A program made the position numbers and the translations under genes. Under the pieces are notes generated by a model that worked only from the letters and a program-made list of their open reading frames with translations, searched no databases and was not told the origin of the DNA. 64,000 nucleotides of DNA from Mobula hypostoma (lineage: Eukaryota). Location: assembly GCF_963921235.1 (NCBI RefSeq), contig NC_086111.1, positions 14,880,001 through 14,944,000 on the forward strand, given 5' to 3'. Positions 46,380 through 56,844 of this stretch are shown piece after piece; position 1 is the first letter of the stretch, and every line of letters begins with the position of its first letter.

Positions 46380-48135
46380 TAGGCAAGAGTCTAGCAGTTA
46401 GAATATAATGCGGAAAATTGAGGTTATTTATTTTGATGAATATAACAGAAAGGCAGTATTTTATAAAAGGTGACAGATTTGGAGAGGTCGATTGTCAGAA
46501 TCGACCTGGTGTACTTGTACACAAGTCAAAAAATGCTAACGTGAAGTTGTGGCCAGTAATTTAGAAGACAAGCAAACAAGCAAGCAATCCTGAAATAGGG
46601 TTTCAACCTGAAATATCAACAGTTTCTATACCCTCTCCGATGCTGCTCAACACGCTGAGTTCCTCTGGCAGATAGTTTGTTCTCCAGCTTCCAGTATCTG
46701 CACTCTCTGGTAACTCCAATTAGGAAGATAAATGTTTTGAGTACATAATTTCACAGCTTACTGCATTTATATGGGGCCTTGATAAGATCGTACTTGGAGT
46801 AAAGTACACAGATTTGGTCACCTTGCATAAAAAAATAGGTAGTTATTGTAGAAGGAGTACAATGAAGAGATTAGTTCTTTGCTGGCAGCTGGAATTTTAG
46901 AAGGATGAAGGGGATTTCATTGAAACCTTTTGAATGTTGAAAGGCATAGACAGAGTAGATATGGAAAGGAAGTCTCGCATGGTGGGAGAGTCTCAGCCTC
47001 AGGATAGAGGGGCTACCATTTAAAACAGAGATGCAGAGAAATTTCTTAGCCAGAGGGCGGTGAATTTGTGGATTTTATTACCACAGGCAGCTGTAGAGGC
47101 CATGTTATTGGGTGTATTTAAGGCAGAGATTGATAGGTTCTTGATTGGACACAGCATCAAATGTTACAGGGAGTAGGTCAGGGAATGAGGCTGAGGAATG
47201 GAAAAAAGGATTTGCAGTGATTGAAATGTGGAGCAGACTCGATGGGCCAAATAGCCTAATTCTGCTCCTATGTCTTACGGTCTTGTGTATTCAGGGTATA
47301 GAAGAATGAGAGGTGGACATTTGCATAATTGGAGAGGGTTCAAAGGAGGTTAACAAAAATAATTCCAGGATTAAATGGCTTGTCGTATGCAAAGCTTGTA
47401 TTCACTAGAATTCAGAAGAATGAGGGGTGACCTAATTGAAACCAATCAAATGGTGAAAGACCTTGATAGAGTGAATGTGGAGAGTATACTTCCTATGGTG
47501 GGAGTGTCTAAGACCAGAGGACACATCCTTAGAATAGAGGGGTGTCCTTTTAGAATGAAAATGAGGAGGAATCTTTAGCCAGAAGTGGTAAATCTGTGGA
47601 ATTTGTTGCCACAGGCAGCTGTGGTGACCAAGTCTTTATATAAATTTTAAAATTTTATATATTCTTGATTGGTCAGAGTATGAAGGGATATGGGGGGAAA
47701 GGCAGGAGATTGGGGCTAAGAGGAAAAACGGATCAGCCATGATGAAATGGAGCAGACTCAATGGCCTAATTCTGGTCCTATATCTTATAGGTCTTATAAT
47801 TGTTACAGGACTTCACAGGGCGAATGTATGGAGGACGTTCCTCCTGACTGAAATGCCCAAAAAAAATCTCACAGTCTCAGACAAAAAAGGATCTCTACAG
47901 GTTTGAGATGAAGAGAAATTTCTTCACATAGTGGGTCATTAAAGTTTGGAATTCTCTATTCCAACCTGGTCATCGAGTTCATTCAAAACAAGTTGTAGGG
48001 ATTTTGAAATATTGAGGATGTTGAGGGATATGCGGATAATGCTGGGAAATGGAGCTGAGTTTGACCCATCATGGTTTTGATGAATGGTGGAGCAGGCTGA
48101 AAGGCGTGGGTGGCCTACTGCTTTTGTTGGTTCTT
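46380..48135 (+). mobile_element. Cluster of stacked CR1 3' fragments with a solo Penelope module (about 46588-46710)
   Basis: Successive LYSLEFRRMRGDLIET-type segments and ctaattctg(c/g)tcctat tails. Confidence 0.8.
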
Positions 48136-48587
48136 AATAAAGCTAAATTAATTTACAAGATTGTTCAATCATTCTTTAGCTATCCACCACCAGTAGTGCA
48201 TGGCTATAATCTGGCCTTTCTCTATGGTCCACATGCACAAAAATTCACTCTCCTGTTGTTTTAATAAGTGTCAGAAGTGACTGCAAACCCTATGTTTTCG
48301 ATTAGCAGATTTAGAGACTTCTTGGCTGATCACTCAATTGTAAAAATCACAAAAGAGGATGTTGAAAGAAATTAATGAATTATAACTGAATTTCTATTCC
48401 TCTACTGGTTCGCTTGGCTCATGCAGTGACTGCTGATCTAACTTTTGGTTTCAAGGCTGACTGCTGCTCTCTCCTGTGTCCTATATTATTGATGCCTCAA
48501 CCAACTGTACAAAAATAGTTTAATTAGACAATTAATTCATCGTCTTTTGGGAGACCATGCTGTGTCCACCACCTTTCTCCGCAAAAC

Positions 48588-48960
48588 CAGTGACAGCTCT
48601 TAAGAAGCACTTCATTGGTTTTATAATGTGACCTTTGGCTGGCTCGGACTCTTCTGGGGATCCAGAAAGCTGGCATTTTCTGTGATAAGAAAGATTGTGT
48701 ACTTTTATAGAAACTTTCCTGGATATCTAGTCTCTCAAAGCAATTCACAGCCAGTTAATTACTTTTGAAATGTATTCACTGGTGTAATGTAGGAATCAAG
48801 CCAGCTAATTTGCGCACACCAGGGTTCAACAAATCACAATTTTCGTAGGAGCTGTTGTCATCTTCAGTTTCAGCGGTGGTACAGTTTCTGCAGGGTTCTG
48901 GCTGAAGTTACAGCTGGAGATAAGGGAACTCTCACAGAAAATCTACCCTAATTTCAAAGG
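48588..48960. mobile_element. Ancient Deu-domain SINE (AmnSINE1/SacSINE1-like) remnants, tail to tail
   Basis: caaagcaattcacagccagttaattacttttgaaatgtattcactggtgtaatgtaggaa...ctaatttgcgcaca resembles the DeuSINE consensus as I recall it. An opposite-orientation piece lies at 48588-48630. Confidence 0.6.
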
Positions 48961-49769
48961 CACCCATCTATCCACTTGAAATGGATGGAAATTTATTAAG
49001 TAAAGCAGATAATCGCTTCACTGAGAGTACAGATCTTTCCTTGGATTGTCCATTAAATGAATATAGATGTTGGTATTTACGTACTTCCTCTGTGTGTGTG
49101 TGTGTCTCACCAGACTGTTTTTAAGGTTTATCCCATATCGACGGTGCTACAATAATGGAGAGCAGCCAGGATATCCATCAGGGTGTACCCAGTCATCTGT
49201 AAGATTTAAAGTTATCTTCCAACAAATTCCGGGAAAGTGTGGTACCTGCAAGTATTAAATCAAAATCAGTAAATATTGAATATCAGACAGGGTCCTACTC
49301 TCTCCAGGAATTTTGTTTTACTGAGCATTCCTTACAGCTCCAGGATGTTGGCAAGGCAAGGGAATGCATGGTACCTAGTGCAGAGGAGCAAGGACTTCTC
49401 AAGTTCATGTGTGCACAACCTTGTAGGTGGAGGGACAGCTAGATCAAATGGTTAAGAAGCTATACCAATGCCAATCTTTGTTGGCCAAGATGTAAACTAA
49501 TTGAGTAGGGAGGTCATTCGAGAACTGTAGAAAACACCAGTTAGGTCACAGCTACAGCATCATGTGCAGTGCCAGTCATCATACAAGAAAAATGTGATCT
49601 CACCACAGAGGGTGTGGGGGAGATTTATGAAAAACAATTAACACCTGATGCTACATTTTGTGTTGCTTATAATAAAGTGACTTGCAACACTTTCCTCTGT
49701 TAAAAAGATGCACAAGAAGGTCCAAAGTTTTTCTGTTACAATGTATCTGAGTTAGGCCACTAAAATGTT

Positions 49770-50195
49770 ACATCTGGTCAATCTTGCTGCATGCTTCCGA
49801 AACATGGACTATAACACCAGCACTCCGAAGAAACTTAGAAGCAACAGAAATGTGGTTTCTTGGAAGAATGCTGAAAATATCATATAGAGATAGGGTAACT
49901 AATGAGACAGTACTCCAATGTGTCCATACAAAAAGATCTTTAATGAGAACATTAAATGAGAGGAAACTTAAATTCCTGGGCCATGTCATCAGAAAGGGAG
50001 AAATAGAATGCCTTACATTACAAGGCTGTATGCCTGGGAAACACGGAAGAGGAAGGCAAAGAAGAAAATATATGGACACTGTGAAAGAACTAACAGATCT
50101 AAGTGTGCGAGATATCATTGACGCTGCGAAGGATTGTTTGATGTGGAGAGCCATGATCGCCCAAGCGTGTAACACACAAGGCACATGAAGAAGTA
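49770..50195 (+). mobile_element. RTE-clade LINE 3' end
   Basis: HASETWT...EATEMWFLGRMLKISY...KLKFLGHVIRK...GKHGRGRQRRKY, then a stop and a gaagaag tail. Confidence 0.88.
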
Positions 50196-50569
50196 GTATC
50201 TGAATAGAACAATTAACAGAGGGATAATAAGGTGTATCACCAGCCACCAGACCAAGCGATCTGAGCAAGTCCTACGACATCTTCCCTTAGTGCTCATAGC
50301 TACCAAAAGCAAGTGTACAGGCCTAAGCTAGTAGAAAATAAAAAACAGAGATCAGGCAGTATTTGTAGAAAGAGAAACAGTGTTAATGTTTCAGGTCAGA
50401 GGCAAAGGATCTTTGACCTCAGGTGTTAACTCTTTACTTCTTTCAGCAAATGTGTCCTGACCCGTTGAATATTTCCATATTTACTGCTATTATTTCAGAT
50501 TTCCAACATCTATAGTTGTGTTTTTTGATTTACATTTTTAAATTTAATTTAATTTATTTTTATATTTGG

Positions 50570-50950
50570 AGATGCATGACGGTAACCAGCCCTTTGTCCC
50601 AATGAGACCACGGCACCTGACTACACCAGTGTGACCAATTAACTTCCTAACCTGTACGTCTTTGGAATGTGGGAGGAAATTAGAGCACCCAAAGGAGACT
50701 CACACCATCATGGGGCGAACGTACAAACTCCTTACAGCCAGTGTGGCAATTGAGCCCATGTCGCTGGCACAGTAATAGCATTATGCTAATAGCTACACTA
50801 CTATGCTATGCACACGAAATACTGGAGGGTTTCAGCCCGAAACATCGACTGTGCTCTTTTCCTAGATGCTGCCTGGCCTGTTGAGTTCCTCCAGCATTTT
50901 GTGTGTGTTGCTCAGATTTCCAGCATCTGCAGATTTTCTCTTGTTTGTGA
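50570..50950. mobile_element. V-SINE (minus, about 50570-50810) followed by a solo Penelope terminal module (plus, about 50811-50950)
   Basis: gtctttggaatgtgggaggaaa...acaaactccttaca, then cacacgaaatactgga (a short inverted piece) joined to gggtttcagcccgaaacatcgactgt...catctgcaga. Confidence 0.75.
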
Positions 50951-51296
50951 TTGGAACACTACTATGCCAGCCCTTTTCTTTTAAAAAGAATTAAGTTAAC
51001 TGTGATCATACAGATCTCCCCAGCTTATGAACCCAATTATGTACAGAACTTTGCAAATAAGAAAACATTTGAAAAACTGGTGGGATGGATGTGCTGGCTA
51101 CTGTGGGACTGCTGTTATCTTCTGCCATGTTGTGACTCGGTTCGCAACCGTATTTACAACTTGCATACTATTTGGTTATTTACAAACAGTTCAAAGTCAA
51201 AATAAAAAATTATTATCAGAGTACATTTATGTCACCACATACATCCCTGAGATTCTTTTTCTGTGGGCATACTTAGCAAATCTATAGAACAGTAAC

Positions 51297-53268
51297 CCTC
51301 CCAGGTGTCAGGGTCCGGGATGTTTCTGATCGTGTCCACAATAATCTGAAGTGGGAAGGTCGTGGTGTATATTGGTACCAACAACATAGGTGGGAAAAGG
51401 GAGGAGGTCCTGAAAACAGACTACAGGGAGTTAGGAAGGAAGTTCAGAAGCAGGACCTCAAAGATAGTAATCCCGGGATTACTACCTGTGCCACGTGACA
51501 ATGAGTATAGGAATAGAATGAGGTGGAGGATAAATGCATAGCTGAGGGATTGGAGCAGAGGGCAGGGATTCAGATTTCTGGATCATTGGGACCTATTTTG
51601 GGGCAGGCGTGACCTGTACAAAAAGGACGGGTTGCACTTGAATCCGAGGGGAACCAACATCCTGGCGGGGAGGTTTGCTAAGGCTATTGGGAGTGGGAAC
51701 TGAACTGAAGAGACGGAGAAAGAGGCAGTTAGCTCACAAATAGAGAAAGTTTGGAGACCGTGCTAGAGGGAGAATAGGTGATATAGAAGGGATACAATCA
51801 GACTGATGGTTTGAGATGTGTCTATTTTAATACAAGAAGCATCATGAACAAAGCGGATGAGCTTAGAATGTGGATCCGTACTTGGAGCTGTGATGTTGTG
51901 GCCATTACAGAGACTTGGATGACTCAGGGGCAGAAATGGTTACTTAGAGTGCCAGGCTTTAGATGTTTCAGAAAGGACAAAGGGAGGCAAAAGAGGTGGG
52001 GGCGTGGCACTATTGATCAGAGATAGTATCACGGCTGTAGAAAAGGAAGAAGTCATGGAAGGATCGTCTACTGATTCTCTGTGGGTGGAAGTTAGAAACA
52101 GGAAAAGATCAATAACTCTACTGGGTGTTTTTTTATAGACCACCCAACAGAATAGGGACATCAAGGAGCAGATAGGGAGACAGATTCTGGAAAGGTGTAA
52201 TAATTACAGGGTGGTTGTTTACCAAATATTTCCCAAATATTGATTGGCATCTCCCTAGAGCAAGGGATTTAGACCGGGTGGAGTTTGTTAGGTGTGTTCA
52301 GGAAGGTTTCATGACACAATATGTAGACAAGCCTACAAGAGGAAAAATTGTACTTGATCTGGTATTGGGAAATGAACCTGGTCAGGTGTCAGGTCTCTCA
52401 GTGGGAGACCATTTTGGAGATAGTGATCACAATTCTATCTCCTTTATCATAGCATTGGAGAGGGATAGGAACAGACAAGTTAGGAAAGCGTTTATTGGAG
52501 TAAGGTGAAACATGAAGATATCAGGCAGGAACTTGGAAGCATAAATTGGGAACATATGTTCTCAGGGAAATGTATAGCAGAAATGTGGCAAATGTTCAGG
52601 GGATATTTGTGTGGCGTTCTGCGTAGGTACATTCCAATGAGACAGGGAAGGGATGGTAGGGTACAGGAACCATGGTGTACAAAGGCTGTTGTAAATCCAG
52701 TCAAGAAGAAAAGGAAAGCTTACGAAAGGTTAAAAAAAACTATTAATGATAGAGATCTAGAAGATTATAAGGCTGGCAGGAAGGAGCTTAAGAATGAAAT
52801 TAGGAGAGCCAGAAGGGGCCATGAGAAGGCCTTGGCGAGTGGGATTAAAGAAAACCCCAAGACATTCTACAAGTATGTGAAGAGCAAGAGGATAAGACGT
52901 GAGAGAATAGGACCAATCAAGTGTGACAGTGGAAAAGTGTGTATGGAACTGGAGGAGATAGCAGAGGTACTTAATGAATACTTTGCTTCAGTATTCACTG
53001 CAGAAAAGGATCTTGGCGATTGTAGGGATGACTTGCAGTGGACTGAAAAGCTTGTGCATATAGATATTAAGAAGGAGGATGTGCTAGAGCTTTTGGAAAG
53101 CATCAAGTGAGTTAAGTCTCCGGGACCAGACGAGATGTACCCCAAGTTACTGTGGAAGGCGAGGGAGGAGATTGCTGAGCCTCTGGCTCATCTTTGCATC
53201 ATCAATGGGGACGGGAGAGGTTCGGGAGGATTGGAGGGTTGCGGATTTTGTTCCCTTATTCAAGAAAG
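51297..53268 (+). mobile_element. CR1 LINE fragment (ORF1 esterase end and ORF2 endonuclease/linker)
   Basis: YIGTNNI, DGLHLN, CVYFNTRSIMNKADEL, AITETW, GDSDHNSI and IKENPKTFYKYVK. Confidence 0.9.
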
Positions 53269-53269
53269 G

Positions 53270-54195
53270 GCTGTAGTGTGCTGTAGTTTTTCTGTGTTTC
53301 TAGGTAATCGTAAACAATAGGCAGCAAACTGCAAATGCAGATACAAAGAAATAGTAATAAATAACAAAAGCATCAAATAACAGATAAAAGAGTCCTTAAA
53401 TGAGTACAGATATCTCCTTTTGTTCAAGAGCCTGATGGCTGAGGGGTAATGACTGTTCTTAAACCTGGTGGTACGAGTCCTGAGCTTCCTGTACCTTCTT
53501 CCTGATGGCAGCAGTGAGTAAAGAGCATGGCCTAGGTGGTGAGGATCTTTGATGATGGATGCTGCTTTTCTACAGCAATGTTTAATGTAGATGTGCTCAA
53601 TAGTTTGGAGGGTTTTACCTGTGACGTACTGGGCAGAATCCACCACCGTTTGTAGGATTTTCTGCTCAAAGGCATTGGTGTTCCCATACCAGGCTGTAAT
53701 GCAGCCAGTCAGCACACTTTCCATCACACATCTATAGAAGTTTGCCAAGGTTTCCCTTTCCTGGTCTACAATCAGATCCTTGGTCTTATTGACTTTGATT
53801 GAGCGGTTGTTGTTATTATACCACTCATCCAAATTTTCAGTCTCCGTCCTGTATGCTGATTCATCACCACTTTTGATACAGCCCACAACAGTGGTGTCAG
53901 CAGCAAACTTGTATATGGTTTTGGAGCTGTGTTTAGCCACACAGTCATAGGTGGAAAGCAAGTATAGCAGGGGGATAAATACACATCCTTGCAGTGCTCA
54001 TTGTTGATGGAGATTGTGGTGAAGATGTTTTTGCCAATCTGGACTGACTGGGGTCTACAAATGAGGAAATCCAGGATCCAATTGCACAAGGGGGTATTGA
54101 GGCCCAGGTCTTGGAGTTTACTTATAAGTTTTGAGGGGATGATGGTCTTAAATGCTGCACTGTAATTGATAAAGAGCATCCTGATGTATGCATCA
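53270..54195 (-). mobile_element. Rex/Babar-like LINE RT fragment
   Basis: [34 protein letters not shown] and FYRCVMESVLT. Confidence 0.88.
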
Positions 54196-55045
54196 CAGGA
54201 ACACAACACAACACAACAAGTTCACAGGACCATAACCTTACTGTAACGCAGGGAGGGCTTGACTTCGTTTAAAGCCATTTAAACTGCCTACTCCCATCAA
54301 CCTACACCGACCATAGCCCTACCATCCATGTACCTGTCCAAACTTCTCTTAAACTTTGAAATATGTTATGACTTCTGAAGCAATGTGCCAGTACTGCTGC
54401 TGCAAGCAGGTTTTGTCATCATATTTCTGCATATGACAATTGTCTCGGCTTGACTTGACTTAATGTGGCCCTTGGAGAATTCCCACGAGTCCCATTTCCC
54501 CATTTATTTCTCATCATATGGCAAGGAAACTGGGTGTTTGACCCATTGTGTCCACACCTACCCTAAACAACCATGTAATCCTATACTGTTGCCATTTTCC
54601 CTCTTGCATCCTCATCAACTCCCCCGCCCCGATTCTTCTGCAGCAAAATCATGTGTGATCAATTCATCATGCTGGACAATAGACAAGAAAATCTGGCGAT
54701 GGGTATTCCCAGCTGCAGAATGTCACAAAACTCAAAACGGAACCTCAAGGGAACCACAACAGGTCAAGTTCTTATTTTCGTTTTTGTGCCTGTGCTGAAA
54801 CACAGAAAAGTTTTTCAGATGTGGAAGAAAATAATAGATTGAATGATCTTCCATTACACATCTGCAATTTTTTTGGTCTTCAACTAATGGTAATGGATTT
54901 TAATTAATGAAAGACAATAGCTTTGCAAAACTATTTGCCACTGCTATTTTCAAATATAGCATTTAGTTGCATGTCAAGTTGGAAACTTGTTTTTATGCTA
55001 CAATGCAACAGAACATGTTGCAGTTTTTGCCTTGTATTCTTAGTA

Positions 55046-56551
55046 CAGATGTCCCCTGCTTTTCGAACGTTCGCTTTACGAAACGTCACTGTTATGAAAG
55101 ACCTATATTAGTTACCTGTTTTCGCTAACAAAAGGTGTTTTCACTGTTACGAGAAAAAGCAGTGCGCGATAAAAAGCAGCGTGCGTCCCGAGCAGCCGCC
55201 TTCCCGCGGATTCGGAACGGCATTCTCGCCGGCATTGCTTAAACACGTGTCTGTGAGCAGCCGTTTGCAAGATGAGTTCTGATGTATTGGAAAAGCCTGA
55301 AAGAGCTCGTAAAGGTGTTACACTTAGCGTAAAACTAGTCATAATTAAGCGTTTCAATCATGGTGAACGAAGTAAGGACAAAGTGAGTTTGGCTTGTAGA
55401 AGTTGACGAAGATGATGTTGAAGAGGTTTTGGCATCTCATGACCAAGAACTGATAGATGAAGAGCTGATGCAATTGCAAGAGGAAAGGATAACAATTAAA
55501 ACCGAATGCAGTAGTGAACAGACCGAAAGTCGTTCAGGAACTGAACGTGAGGCAACTACATGAGATTTTCGCTGCAATGATAAAGTACGACTTTAATTTT
55601 GAAACGGTACATCGGTTTAGGGCATATTTGCAGGATGGTTTGAGTGCTTACAAAGAACTGTTTGATCTAAAAATGCGCGAGGCTCAGCAGTCAAGCAAGC
55701 CTTCCACATCAGCCACAGGAGACGACGAACCTCGACCTTCGACATCGAGGCAGGCAGACATAGAAGAAGACGACCTGCCTACCCTCATGGAAACAGACGA
55801 TGAGATGACACCCCAGTGTCCCACCACCCCAAACCCCGGGCCGCGGACAGATACCAATCCGCGGAGAATGCAGTGGTAGCCGGGAGGCACCCAACACATC
55901 TTTAAGAAAAAAGCCAATTGCGTCACCTCTGATCTGGGCCGACATTTACGTGCCGGGCAGCACCTAATTAATTAGCATGTTTATTTCGGCTTTTTTCTTA
56001 AAGAAGTGCTGTATGCCTCCCAGCTACTTCTGTACCCTTGCATGCTTCGCGGATCGGTATCGGTTTGCTGCCCGGAGAGTGGGGGCCACTGCACCACCCC
56101 AACCTGCGATGACTCAGCCTAACATACCATCATCAGTGTGCTCGGCGCTTTCCCAATTCCGGTACTTGATACTACACTGTACATACATTATTTCTACTTT
56201 ATATCGGCTGTGTATTTTTACATGTTATTTGGTATGATTTGGCAGCTTCATAGCTTAAAGTTTACCGGGCGTGAGATTTTCGCTACGGAGAACAGTGCGG
56301 CAATGATTGTGGAGAAGTATTTCTACCTTATATAGGCTGTGTATTCATCATATCCTGCTTTTACTATATGTTACTGTTATTTTAGGTTTTATGTGTTATT
56401 TGGCATGATTTGGTAGGTTATTTTTGGGTCTGCGAACACTCACAAATTTTTCCCATATAAATAAATGATAATTGCTTCTTCGCTTTACGACATTCCAGCT
56501 TACGAACTGTTTCATAGGAACGCTCTACCTTCAGATGACAGGGCAAACCTG
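55046..56551 (+). mobile_element. Non-autonomous Tigger/pogo DNA transposon, copy 1
   Basis: TA flanks and imperfect TIRs cagatgtcccctg / cagggcaaacctg. The transposase N-terminus (ATG at 55272, ...RARKGVTLSVKLVIIKRFNHGERSKD) is fused by deletion to the acidic C-terminus (EVDEDDVEEVLASHDQELIDEELMQL). Confidence 0.88.
55830..56091. mobile_element. hAT(Charlie)-like hairpin MITE nested in Tigger copy 1
   Basis: Right end ...ggggccactg and 8-bp TSD caccaccc at 55822-55829 and 56092-56099. The left TIR tip and part of the left arm are deleted. Confidence 0.7.
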
Positions 56552-56636
56552 TACTGAAAAACACCTGAACAATTTATGTGACGAGAGAGCCTCATCAATC
56601 TCATTGGTTATGCACCTCATTTTTCAACTGAAGTTC

Positions 56637-56843
56637 TTAGAGCAGCAACCAGTCAGTGATCCAGAGTGTGAAAATATGTAGCTCACACAGGTTTATCAAT
56701 TGAGTACATAAGGCATCGATTTGTGGCAGTTCAGCATATTAGAACAGCTACAATCAGCAATCAGGAAAGTGAGAAAATGTAGATCACTCAGATTTGCTGA
56801 TTAAGTACATAGGCATCAGTTTGCAGCAGTTTGGCGTCAGCAA
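56637..56843 (+). repeat. Two diverged tandem units of about 102 bp just upstream of a full-length CR1
   Basis: Units start at 56637 and 56739 (ttaga..cagc...gtg.gaaaat..gtag.tcac.cag.ttt...tt.agtacata.ggcatc..tttg..gcagtt). Confidence 0.75.
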
Positions 56844-56844
56844 T

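Noticed and set aside
44840-48340. Candidate next RNF123 exon at gctgatcct (44850) or ttggctgat (48323)
   Set aside because: The flanking translation does not match ...ATSVLLADPCFQLRSI... and there is no suitable splice context.
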